Shown here: piece by piece, positions 50,622-63,617 of the stretch
How the letters are laid out: each line of letters starts with the position of its first letter
Position numbering within the stretch: the first letter of the stretch is position 1
NCBI GenBank assembly: GCA_032718475.1
Contig: JAUCBJ010008354.1
Coordinates: 125,041 to 189,040 of the forward strand
From: Nemertoderma westbladi
Lineage: Eukaryota > Animalia > Xenacoelomorpha
Length of the DNA stretch: 64,000 nt
Reading direction: 5' to 3'
Position numbers and translations under genes: made by a program
The notes under the pieces: model-generated
Database searches by the model: none
What the model was told of the DNA's origin: nothing
The model's input: the letters and a program-made list of their open reading frames with translations, nothing else

Positions 50622-51811
50622 TGTAAAAGCTTTTGCTGAATTGCCCGGTTAATTTTCCTTATTTTTCCCGTAAAATACTCTGTAGTTGGTTTAATAGGCG
50701 TAAGAGGCCGTATTATTGCTGTATCGGTGTTTTTAGAGGATCTAAGAGCTATTTCTTCCGTATGTGTACTGTGGAAGGCATAGTTGATGATTCTATGGCA
50801 ATTCCGTGACGCAAAAGAGGCGAGATACTCTTGAACAGTAGTTACTATGACGACGGTTAACAGCTGATATTCATACGTGTCGCTTTTCTTTGTTCTACGG
50901 CGTCTCTCAGTTCAGTCAACCAATCAGAGCGTTTTTATGGCTCTTGTACAGAAATTTCCTAGAAATCACTCAATGCATTATAGGCAGTGTTTACATTCTG
51001 TCCTGAGCCAGGAGAGAGCGGCTTTGGAATATTTTGTGCTTTTCTGCTTTAGCCTAACACTAGTAGGCTTAATTATAAGGACATATATCCGTTATCTGAT
51101 GTCTGATCACTGGCTAACTGGCCCATACTGTGCAACTTAACTTAACATTACTGCTTTGCTGTCGGTTATTCATTATATTTGTTGATGAATTATTATATTT
51201 GGAATAACGAGAAATAACCCCGAAACCCAATATTCTTGATATACCGAAGGTAAGAGAGAAAGGTTACATATAACGATTGTGACTTATGTTAAAGTGGTTT
51301 GAAGTGAATCTAATGTTATTTGATAGACCCTACATGAGTCGGTCCGTGTTCCTTTTATATGTGACTAAAATCAGTGAAGATCGGCAGATTAGTGTGCAGT
51401 ATTGTGCAGCATTGTGTATGAGTGAGACTGATAACGAAGCATTTCCTAAAGAATGCGCCATATATGTGAATTATAACTAAGCCATATCGTTGTGAGTAGT
51501 TTAAGTCATAACTCTGTTTATATAGATAGAGCGCCACGTCCTAAAGGAACTGTTAATATTCCCCGAAGGTGAATAATATTGTCAGAGATTATATAATACT
51601 GTCAGTCGAATAATACATTAGGCTTACATAGCAATACGATTAAGCCGTCGAAGTCAATCTCCCGGGTATATCCAACGGGTGAATGATCGCGCACAGATTG
51701 GTTTCAACTAGTGTAGTGAATCAAATACTTGTTAGAGGCTAAAGCGATTTATTATCTAGAAGACATCCTAATTTGGCGGGTTAAACTGCCAAAGGTCTGA
51801 AAGCGCGAACA
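50622..51811 (+). repeat. 5' LTR of copy 4
   Basis: TGTAAAAGC...GCGCGAACA, homologous to the copy 1 LTR. Confidence 0.93.
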
Positions 51812-51893
51812 ATAACGGATATTTAGTCTGTATTGCAGTGTAGGCACTAAATGCAGTTTAATATTGTTCTGGTAAAGAACAATAACGGATATA
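51812..51893 (+). promoter_or_regulatory. Duplicated PBS-position sequence of copy 4 (ATAACGGATAT at 51812; ATAACGGATATA at 51882)
   Basis: Complementary to LTR site TATATCCGTTAT at 51084-51095. Confidence 0.7.
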
Positions 51894-53943
51894 GCTTCTG
51901 TATTGCAGTAGGCAATAAAGCTGAAGTACCGGCAACCGGTACCCAGTAGGCCTGCCTACCTAACCACCCGGACCGGTACCTACAGCAGTACAGGTACAGC
52001 AGTATTATTCGATTTTGATAATTATATACCGGTAGGCCTTAATAATTAATCAGGGACTGCAGCCCTGGTTTTTTATTGAGATTTTTACTTATTTCTGTCA
52101 AGTTTTATTTGTTTGTAGGCCAGTATTGAACAGAAGGCGTGTAAGCCTGATCATATTGTATAGATAATTTGTAGGCTAGATAGTTGTCTGATTGTTGTTA
52201 AGTCTGAATGGATTGCAGTGTGTGTAGATCACCTGTCCGATAAAGAACGGTTAGGAAGTAGGGGCAGCCAAAGCTGTAAGGTAAACCCCCATCTAAAGAA
52301 TAAGTCGTACTACTGGGTTAGAACGCATACTACCTAATCATTTCGGAGTCTGCATGTCCTGTAGTTTATTTAGGCTTGAGAGTAGTCTGCCATCGTTTAG
52401 TCTGTACTTTGTTTGTGTAGTCTGTACAGGTAGCGTATAATATTTATTTAGATAATTTGTAGGCTGGATAGTTGTCTGGCTGTTATTAGGTCTGAACGGA
52501 TTGCAGTGTGTGCAAAGCATCTGTCCGATAAAGAACGGTTAGGAAGAAGGGGCAGCCATCGCTGTAAGGTAAACCCCCATCTAAAGAATAAGTCGTACTA
52601 CTGGGTTAGAACGCATACTACTTAATCATTTCGGAGTCTGCATATACCGTAGTTTGTTTAGGCTTGATAGTAGTCTGTCAGTATTTGGTCTGCATTTTGT
52701 TTGAGTAGTTTGTACGCGTAGCGTAATATTTATTATTCAGAGTTTATGCGATTATTCGCAACATTCATATTCCCCAAGTTTGTTCCTACAGTAATTGTGT
52801 TTGTTATACATACCGCTATAGTTAAATTAACCCCGGTACTACACGGGCTGCTTGGCGTAGGTAAAGACTGGTGATTTTGTGCACCGGTCACTCCAGCAGA
52901 TGCCGTGGTTCTTTTAGCTGTTCAAGTATATTTAACTACTGATTATATGTTGTACCAGTACTTGTACCTAATTTAGGGTTTAGTGTACAGTGCTTTCCGA
53001 GGTAATTAGTGTGTAGGCAGTATATTTGTGTTGTAAAGTGGTTAATAGGCACGCTGGATCTGGTAGTCCGCGGTAATTAACTTCCAGGTAGGAACACTCC
53101 GTGATACATAACGTAGTACCTATTGTTTGTTAGGCTGGTTTGTAGACTTCTTGTAAAATTACCCTGAAAATTCGTATTTTGAGTTTTTTGTAAATTTTTG
53201 TGTTTATTTAGAGATTGTAATCTCACCCGAATTGTACGTAATTTGTAGTATTAAGTAACTTAGGTAAATTAGCATTATTTGTTTTAGTGTCCTATAAGTA
53301 ACACTTCACTGAAAGCGCACCGCTTTGTGTAGTGATTACTCCCCAGAAATAATAACATTTATTTCAAACATTGACAAAACCCATTAAAACGGGTATATAT
53401 ATATTATAAATCAACTCAAACGATTTATAAATAGTAGGCCTGCCATACAACAATTAGGTCTCAATATCAGTTGGACTACTGCTCAAATAGCGGTAATAAA
53501 GTAAGTAAAGTAACCAAGTAACCCTAAAATTCAGAAATTCAATTATTTAAAATAATTGATATACCGGTATTTACGATAGGCCTATTATCTTTATTTCTAT
53601 AAGTTTCGGCTGAAATTATACCGGTACTGGTAATTAATTCTAGTCCAGAATTATATATACTATAAACTGTAAGCTGTATACCGGTATTCCCAATAGGCCT
53701 ATTATATATTTATATATATTTGTGCTAAAATTATACCGGTATTCTGTGATAAACCTAGTCTGTAATAATACTTATATAGTTATATATACTATAAAAGCAT
53801 ACCGGTATTCTAATATATTATATATATTACGCTACACTGAGTAGTAGTATCGGTAATTAATTACTAGGCTAGCAGTTAATACTGAATTACTAGACTTGCT
53901 TAGACTGTAATCTAGCAGTAGGCATTCAACTGTACACATAAAC

Positions 53944-56900
53944 ATGTCTGATACTAAGCAGAACCTGTCAGACAGTTTATTAGATGTAACTATCTGTGAC
54001 TCAGATAGAGGTGTAGAACCGTCTAGACCTAAGTTCAGTTCACCTCCTACTGTGAGGAAGGTCATCCCTCCTGTAGTAATAACTGAACCTAGGCTGGTCC
54101 AACATCGTAGGTCTATCATAGGCACTCGAGCTCAGGTCAAGCGGGACCAAGAAGCAGCAGAACAGCAACAACCCGCGAGCCAAGAACTTATTTCTCAACG
54201 ACCCAACAGCTCCAGTAGTGAGGATACTGTAGAGCTGACACCCGAGCGCGGAGCAAAGATGACGGATGCGGTTTATTCGGATCCCCTTCTCATCCTTCCT
54301 GCAGCCGTACTCACTAGGTTATTGATCGCTGTGGAAGAACACTAGATCGATTGGGCGAGAAGTCAACGATCAACTAAAGATAGTTATGCGGGATACACGA
54401 GGGAAGAACTGAAGTCTATTGTCGAGTCGCAATGGAACTTCCCCGGACCCGGACTCCCGTTTGATTTATCAGAAGCTGCCTGGGAAGACATACACCGGAT
54501 GGGAGTAGCCAAGGAAACCATCGATCCTGCTGTGTGGAAGAGGTCCGCAGCCGGATACGCACAGGGATTCTTCAGCTCTATGGAGCGAGTAGAAAAACAA
54601 CTGTTACAACAACCTCAAGGACCTCAAGAGCAGGGACAACTGCTTTATCAAGTTAGAGAAAGAATTCTGCGAATCAGGCTAATATTATCAGCCTTTGAAG
54701 AGGCTTCTAAAAGAAGACAAGACACGTCGTTGCAAGTTGCCGTAAAGACTTGGTTTCAACGGGTGAGTCGCCAGGTTCAAGGAACAGCTCAGTGGAAAGC
54801 TCAGCTGGAGGAGCACTCAACCCATGGAGAATCAACAGACGCTACTTTTTCCCAAGTGGAAAGTGAAGCGACGGCAGAGAAGCCGCATAAGAGGGATGCC
54901 ATTGACATCTATCTGTCAGACTATCAACGTTTTTTAGGTGATGACGAGTTGAGGAGAAGGTTAGAAGGGCTTAGCCCTAATAGTGAAGGAACCAAGCTTG
55001 TGCTGGACGCAATCGATGTGGAAATGAGGGCTGCGAACCAGGCTAAATTTGATGAACAACTCCGCATCACACGAGTCCAAGAAGAGCAAGTAAAGAAAAA
55101 ACGTATAGAAGACAGAAAGATAGCAGCAGTGGCAGAGGCAGAAAGAAAAGCGACCTTGGCAGAAGCAGCGGCAGAGGCAAAAGCTGCAGCAGCAGAAGCA
55201 GCGGCAGAGGCAAAAGCGGCAGCGGCAGAGGCAAAAGCGGCAGCGGTGGCGGAAGCAGAACGGAGAGCGGCTGAAGAGATCACCCAATTAGAATTGGAAA
55301 ATATTCAGGAGAATCAAGACTGCATAAATAAACAGTTAACAGCTAGTAATATGCAGATGATGAATCGATCTACTCCCAAAAGACAGGGATATACATCATC
55401 TGAGGAAGGCGATACCACCGATACTGAAGGCAAAGGAAATAGATCTCGTCTAAGCAGACGTAGAAGAACATCCCACCGTCATAAATTGCCTGATTTGCCT
55501 CCAGCTGTTAGAAGGCAACTAAATAACACCAACTTAGGTAGTACAGAACCCATAGACCAGGTGGTTAAAATAGAAAGACTCCCTACTATAGTAGATGAGC
55601 CTGAAATAATTAGGCCTGTTCTTGAAATCACCCCTTCGGTGATAGACACACCTGTGCTCCCTGAAGTTACCTCTAAATTCCCTCTGCACAGTACTAAGCT
55701 ATCTGTGCCCAGTAGAACAGCCCATGAGACAGTTCAGGTCCTGGACCCCGAGCGAAATATTCATGATTTGTCGCCCGTTGTCCCTCGTCCGCCCGCTACA
55801 ACGTTGGCGACTCCCGCTTCGGCGGTCGAATGGGTGGACGAGAGACGGCGGGGGATGGATCTCCTGCTCGGGCAGATGCAGGAGACTGTTCAGCAATTCA
55901 AGGGCACAGTAAGGGAAAGTAGGCTAGAGTTGCAAGAAGTGCAGCAAAGTATCGCGCTAGAACGCGATAAATTAGTAAATACACAAAGGGGTATACCACC
56001 ACCCTCGGTAACAATGTGTCAACCTGTTAGGTCTGAAGTATCTCATGCGCAAGGTGTGGAGCCTACACGCATATATACTGCTAGCGAAGTAGAAACTCCT
56101 ATAGTGAACCCTATTAAGGGTAATTATAGACCTGTTGATAATGACATTCCCTATAGACCTGATCATAATCCGAGACATTTATATACCGATAACTCGATAT
56201 TAAATAACACGATGGCCCAAGAAAGTTTTACGCGTCAAATGGCTAGAACCGAAGCCCGGCAAGCGGTGAAGGTGGGAGAGATCGTCAAGTTCAATGGAGA
56301 TGAGATGAAATGGTTATCTTTTAATGAATATTACAAAGATAACATACAGAACTCTGTACTATCTAATGGAGAGAAACTTAGATTCCTCATCGAGTGCTTG
56401 GAAGGATCTCCCAAGTTAATGGCGTTAAAGTTTATTGGACATCCAGACGGATTAAGACAAGTTTGGGATACACTAAACATCAGGTATGGTAATAGGAATA
56501 ACATAGCTGGGTATTTGTATGCAAAGTTGGTAGCGCCCCGAAAGTTTATTAGCAGCGGGATTATAGAGTTTTCCGATGAAATTCAGGAGATCTGCAGACA
56601 ATTAGATTGGCTAGGTAAGTCTCATGAGTATCAGAGTGCTATGGTTATTAGAGCAGTGGCCTCTACTTTACCGAAGGGTGGAGTAGGTACACGCTGGGAC
56701 AAGAAAGTGTTATACATGATGGAACAACAACAACGAGACCCTACCATGACTGATCTCATGACATTCTTGGATGGCGAAGTGAAATTACAGCTCATAAAGC
56801 AGTCCAGAGAGAAGACATCGGAAAACAAGGTAAGTGAGAAACCCGTCTCCAGAAGAAAGGTAACACCAGTGTGTTATACCGACGACGGCGAAAGCCAAGC

Positions 56901-59900
56901 TTCCCAAGGGGAGGATAGCGGGAAAGACACTGAAAGATCTTATTATGTCAATAAAACACCTAACGAACAGGGAAGTAAATTTAAGTCTCGATCCAATGAC
57001 AGGAGAGAACAGGTAAGAAAAACTCCTCCTACGTCTCCCAAGAGAATTCAGGTGAGAAAGCCCGAGGAAAGAACGAATGTGCACCACACAGCACAGGTTA
57101 AAGTAAGTAACATCAAACCCAAATGTGTGCTGTGCGACGGGCCCCACCGCTTGAATATGTGCGATGAATTCTTAAAGAAATCATTAAAAGAGAGACGGGA
57201 AGTCATGTGGGATAAGCGGTTGTGTTATAATTGCCTCAGACAAGGACACCAACGGCGAACCTGTTACTCTGACATAAGGTGTGCAAAGTGTGGTGCGAAA
57301 CATCATATCTTGTTGCACACTGAATTCGAACGAAACAGCTCGAGTCAGGTAAGTGAGTCCGAACTACATGTCCAATTCAGTGATGTGAACGACACTGACC
57401 AAAGTTCTGAGATGGAAGGATTCTATACGGACGAATTCTCCGACCAAAACGAATCCTGTTACCTAATAAACACCACCGCAGTGTATCGAGCACTCGTGCA
57501 TGAGAAAGACACAGACAGCGACCTTACCTTAACTACTTCTGATGCCTAAGGAGGTGAGGTCTCTATAGGGGTGTCAGAAACAGGCGGCAGCAGACTCGTG
57601 AGGGTCTGGGGGCACGTTAAATCGTAGTTATAGTGCAAGGGAGTAACTGAAGGCCCTCGTGTCTTGCGAACCATGAATCAACATGGTGCCGTGGTACCGT
57701 CTAGTTGGCCTGTTGCCGTACTGCCAGTCCTGTACACAGTAGGGGTGGTGGCTTAGTGTGATCTGTGGTTTATGTGGTTTATGTGGTAGGTCTATGTTTG
57801 GTATGTATGAGTTGACCAGACTCTGTACTGTCTCCGATCGGTTGCCAAAACGTGTTTTTTCCCAGGGTAGCACTATTGGAATGGAGGTGTTGCATCGGAA
57901 TGGACAGGTTCTGATGATTCTGTTGGTACTACTATTGGAATGGAGGTGGCACCCGGAATATCGGCTGCAAGGAGGGGTTGGTGTTGTAGTGTGGTCCGAG
58001 TGAATGATACTCTGGAATCTGTGGTTTGTGTGTGTACGTGGTATACGTGAGTGTATGTATGGCCACTGCGAGTGAGTGTGGGAAACCTTGCCGGTTGGTT
58101 TAGTCGCCGCCGGTTATTAGTAGGACCATATTTTACTGCGCCCCAGCATACTTTGTGCACACAAAGTTATTTTACCCTGTCGGTAAAATAAAGTACTCTC
58201 GACTTTTTATTAGTCGATACAATTTTGTCCCCTCTGATTTTGTCACCGATTTTGTCTTCCCCGATTATGTCCTCTGTGTATGCGTGGTATGCGTCAGATT
58301 TTGTGTTTAACGTAGTGTACTCGATTTCGTGAGCATCTATTGAGTACACGTGTACAGTGACTGGTAAGTGGTTACTTGTTCCTAGCTTTCGAGCTAGTCA
58401 GTATTGTTTGCGGAACCGCCTTCCCCTCAATACTGCCGGCGAGGCGGGTGAAAACGTGTCAATATTCCATGCTGGGTAGCGCAAGCCCACATGGGACAAG
58501 ACCGTCGGTTTGGCTCAAGGGCGACCTTGATGCTCGATCGCTATCGACTGGTCCACCCGCCGGTTGACTCTCTGAGTTGGCTCAATGTACAGTCAGGCCA
58601 CAGCAAGTTGACAGTAGCCGACCATCTGGCTACACCGACGAGTTGTGCCGGTGTGATCGGGGGATTGAAAAGTGAACCCGGGAAGCATCGGGCTACCCTC
58701 CGGCCCGGTCTGATAAAAACATCAGTCGGACTGGCCCCAAGGGTGGTGGGACAGCGTCCGCCTCATGGGTGCGCCTCGGAGTCATCGGAGAGGAGCCCAG
58801 AAGGACGCAAGCGCAACAACCATCTTGGATGCGCCAACTTCCAATATAGGAATCCGAGAATTTCCTGTAGTCCAGTTACGGGTCCACGGACCTCAGAAGA
58901 GCTATATAGTGAACGCCCTCCTGGACTCCGGTAGCACAGGAACATTCATCGATAAAGAACTAGCCGAAGTCATCTTTGCTGGACAACCCAAGTTCCGAAC
59001 CAAGCTAAACATGTCAGGGATCATGCAGGTTTGGAATTCTACTGTAGCTGCCGACTATTATATAGGTGAGTTGTCCACTCCACAGGATAAACTAGGAGAA
59101 TACAGTATAAGGTCAGTCAAAATGGTGGCAATAAAGAACTTCGCTACCACCCAAGTGGAACCTTATAATTGGGACGAAGATGATCATGTCCAACAACTTA
59201 ACATCCCTAGATTCGACACCGATTATCCTGGAGTACAAATATTAATCGGTCAAAACGCGCATGAGGCGCTGGAGACATTAGAGAAACGACCTACTCAACC
59301 GCAACCACTTCAGACCTATGCGGTAAGAACTAGAGTAGGTTGGTACCTTACTGGACCTTCCCGTAGAACGCTCAGGGAAAGACTGCTTCAAGATCGCGTC
59401 TGCCAGGTGAGTGAATGGGAAGACGATACTAGTGAGGGAGACGACCCAACTGAGGGAACACCACACTCCTCAGATAATGACAATCTTAACTCCAATGTAG
59501 ATCAATGGAGATATTGCCCCAAGACGATGAATATAGCTGACATCGCTTCCAGAGGAGCAACTCCTCAAGAACTGACAGATACTCCAGACCAGCTAGGTGA
59601 ACCCGACTTCCTGAGTAAGGAGGATGAATGGCCTCCCCATCTTACTCCGACTGAGATTAGACCAGCCAAGGGAGCGGAGAAAGTCAAACCTAAAACCCGG
59701 ACGGGTGGATCGGAGTTATTTGAACCCGGGATAGATCTGTCGGTATTACATATTGCCAGGGACGACGCCGTGGATCTGGACCTCCCCACCGCGAGTGGAT
59801 CCTTCATGAAGATCAGAGAGAGCGATTGGAGCTCTGGAACATCAGACGTCTCGCAGGGACTCTCATCTATCCTGCAGGGAGCGACAGACCACTATAGCTC

Positions 59901-60135
59901 CTGGAATTGGCTTTGTAAGGCCGTCGTGTACTTAGAGCGATGTTTCTATCGTCACTATTCCAGGACGAAGAGGAAACCTGGAATTGTATTCGGGATGCAG
60001 CGACTCAATCACCCAGTCGGTCGTTTGTGTTTACCGGAAGGGAATGGAGGACTCTCCGGAAACTGTGGAAGGCAAGATTCTCTTCCCACGACCACCTCCC
60101 TAATCCTTCAAACATCCAGGGACTCCATAACGTAA
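53944..60135 (+). pseudogene. Copy 4 gag-protease with fused pol remnants; stop at 54343 and a foreign insert
   Basis: ORFs 53944-54345, 54499-57549 and 58765-60135. Confidence 0.9.
57544..58813. other. About 1.27-kb foreign, hairpin-rich insertion between gag and protease
   Basis: Host reading ...ACTACTTCTGAT|CAACAACCATCTTGG is split here; absent from the other copies; no TSD or TIR seen. Confidence 0.8.
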
Positions 60136-60372
60136 CAACATATGGAGTGGGTGTGTGACTCTATTATTTTATATTATTTTATTATTTTTATATTTATGTA
60201 TGTATTACTACGTAATTTTATTATAATCGTTTTATTTAACTTAGTAGAATCTTATTTAGCGATTATTTAGTAGAATAGTGCAATATATTCGTGTTTATTG
60301 CGTACGTAATTACGTATATATTATATTTAGTGCGACGGCAAGAAATAATTCTTTTCCTTCTTCCTTACTGTC

Positions 60373-61363
60373 TGTTCGCGCTTTCAGACCTTTGGCAGTT
60401 TAACCCACCAAATTAAGATGTCTTCTAGATATTAAATCGGTTTTTAGTCTTACACTAGTAGGTTTAATTATAAGGACATATATCCTTTAACCTGGCTTTT
60501 AATCGCTGCTAACTGATCATACATACTGACTGCTGAAACATTGCAAACTCATAACAATCAGTGTTTTCATTGTTGTTTTATACTGCTATTTACTGTCAGT
60601 TCTTCATAATATGGTTGATGAATTATTATATTTGGAATAACGATAAATAACCCCGAAACCCAATATTCTTGATATACCGAAGGTAAGAGAGAAAGGTTAC
60701 CAATAACGATTGTGACTTATGTTAAAGTGGTTTGAAGTGAATCTAATGTTATTTGATAGACCCTACATGAGTCAGTCTGTGTTCCTTTTATATGTGACTA
60801 AAATCAGTGAAGATTGGCAGATTAGTGTGCAGTATTGTGCAGCATTGTGTATGAGTGAGTCTGTTAAAGAAGCAATTCCTAAAGAATGCGCCATATATGT
60901 GAAATATAATTGAGCCATATCGTTGTGAGTAGTTTAAGTCATAACTCTGTTTATATAGATAAAGCGCCACGTCCTAAAGGAACTGTTAATATTCCCGAAG
61001 GTGAATAATATTGTCAGAGATTATATAATACTGTCAGTTGAATAATACATTAGGCTTACATAGCAATAAAATTAAACCGTCGAACCCAATCTCCCGGGAA
61101 TATCCAGCGGGTGAATGATCACGCACAGATTGGTTTCGACTAGTGTAGTGAATCAAATACTTGACATAGACTAAAAACCGATTTAATATCTAGAAGACAT
61201 CTTAATTTGGTGGGTTAAACTGCCAAAGGTCTGAAAGCGCGAACATTAAAGGATATATGTCCTTATAATTAAACCTACTAGTGTAAGACTAAAAACCGAT
61301 TTAATATCTAGAAGACATCTTAATTTGGTGGGTTAAACTGCCAAAGGTCTGAAAGCGCGAACA
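60373..61363 (+). repeat. Rearranged LTR with 118-bp terminal inverted repeats
   Basis: 60373-60490 is the reverse complement of 61246-61363; the first ~430 bp of the normal type A LTR are absent. Confidence 0.9.
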
Positions 61364-63617
61364 TTAAAGGATATAGCTTCTTTATTGCAGTAAGCAATAA
61401 AGTTGAAAGTACCGGTCAACCGGTAAACTTGAACCGGTACTTCTGTAGGTCAGTAGGCCCAACTGCAAGAACCGGTACTGCTGTAGGCCCGTAGGTCCAA
61501 CTGCCAGAACCGGTACTTCTGTAGGTCCGTAGGCCTAACTGTCCCAACCGGTACTTCCCGTATAAGTACATTAGTATTATTCGATTTGATTGTTGTATAC
61601 CGGTAGGTCTTAATACTTAATCAGGGAACGGCCGCCCTGGTTTTTTATTGAGATTTTACTTATTTCTGTCAAGTTTTATTTGTTTGTAGGCCAGTATTGA
61701 ACAGAAGACGTGTAAGCCTGATCAGATTGTACAGACAATTTGTAGGCTGAGCTGTTGTCTGATTGCTGTTAAGTCTGAACGGATTGCAGTGTGTGTAGAT
61801 CACCTGTCCGATTAAGTACGGTTAGGAAGTAGGGGCAGCGAACGCTGTAAGGTAAACCCCCAACTAAAGAATAAGTCGTACTACTGGGTTAGAACGCATA
61901 TTCCCTAATCATTTCGGAGTCTGCATGTCCTGTAGTTTATTTAGGCTTGAGAGTAGTCTGCCATCGTTTAGTCTGTACTTTGTTTGTGTAAGTCTGTACG
62001 GGTAGCGTATAATTTTATTTAGATAATTTGTAGGCTGGATAGTTGTCTGGCTGTTATTAGGTCTGAGCGGATTGCAGCGTGTGTAGATCACTTGTCCGAT
62101 AAAGAACGGTTAGGAAGTAGGGGCAGCGGACGCTGTAAGGTAAACCCCCAATTAAAGAATAAGTCGTACTACTGGGTTAGAACGCATACTACCTAATTAT
62201 TTCGGAGTCTGCATATACCGTAGTTTGTTTAGGCTTGATAGTAGTCTGTCAGTATTCGGTCTGCATTTTGTTTGAGTGGTTTGTACGCGTAGCGTAATAT
62301 TTATTATTCAGAGTTTATGCGATTATCCGCAACATTCATTCCCCAAGTTTGTTCCTACAATAATTGTGTTTGTTATACATACCGCTATAGTTAAATTAAC
62401 CCCGGTACTACACGGGCTGCTTGGCGTAGGTAAAGACTGGTGATTTTGTGCATCGGTCACTCCAGCAGATGCCGTGGTTCTTTTAGCTGTTCAAGTATAT
62501 TTAACTACAGATTATATGTTATACAAGTACTCGTACCTAATTTAGGGTTTAGTGTACAGTGCTTTCCGAAAGTAATTAGTGTAGGCATTATATTTGTGTT
62601 GTAAAGTGGTTGATAGGCACGTTCGATTAGCTCTATTAACTTCTAGGTAGGAACACTCCGTGATACATAACGTAGAACCTATAGCGATACGGCTATAGGT
62701 CGTCAGGCGGTGGTATTTTCCTATCTGGACAACGCAGTGTATTTACTACTACGTATTATTTTCAAATAACCGCAGTACCCTGTCCGTTGTAATAACCAGT
62801 TTTCTAACTCTTTGTTAGGCTGGTTTGTAGACTTCTTGTAAAATTACCCTAAAAATTCGTATTTTGTGTTTTTGTAAATTTTGTGTTTATTTAGAGATTG
62901 TAATCTCAACCCGAATCGTACGTAATTTGTAGTATTAAGTAACTTAGGTAAATTAGAATCATTTGTTTTAGTGTCCTGTACGTAACACTTCACTGAAAGC
63001 GTACCGCTTTGTGTAGTGATTACCCCAGAAATAATAACATTTATTTCAAACATTGACAAAACCCATTAAAACGGGTATATATATATTATAAATCAAATCT
63101 AACGATTTATATATAGTAGGCCTACCATACAACCATTAGGTCTCAATATCAGTTGGACTACTGCTCAAATAACGGTAATAAAGTAAGTAAAGTAACAAAG
63201 TAACCCTAAAATTCAGAAATTCAATTATTTAAAATAATTGATATACCGGTATTTACGATAGGCCTATTATCTTTATTTCTATAAATTTAGGCTGAAATTA
63301 TACCGGTACTTGTAATTAATTCTAGTCCAGAATTATATATACTACAAATTGTAAGCTGTATACCGGTATTCCCGATAGGCCTATTATATATTTATATATA
63401 TTTGTGCTAAAATTATACCGGTATTCTGAGATAAACCTAGTCTGTAATAATACTTATATATACTATAAGCATACCGGTATTTTAATATATTATATATATA
63501 TCACGCTACACTGAGTAGCAGTATCGGTAATTAATTACTAGTCTAGCAGTTAATACTGAATTACTAGACTTGCTTAGACTGTAATATAGCAGTAGGCATT
63601 CAACTGTACATACAAAT

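Larger units (their letters stand above)
50622..60372 (+). mobile_element. BEL/Pao copy 4 (LTR type A variant), non-autonomous; interrupted by copy 5, 3' end outside the window
   Basis: 5' LTR 50622-51811, leader, gag-PR, pol remnants and start of the 3' spacer. Predicted TSD GTAAT. Confidence 0.92.

Noticed and set aside
60373-61363. Independent DNA transposon or MITE with 118-bp TIRs
   Set aside because: Composed entirely of type A LTR sequence and followed by the BEL leader and gag; no TSD around it.
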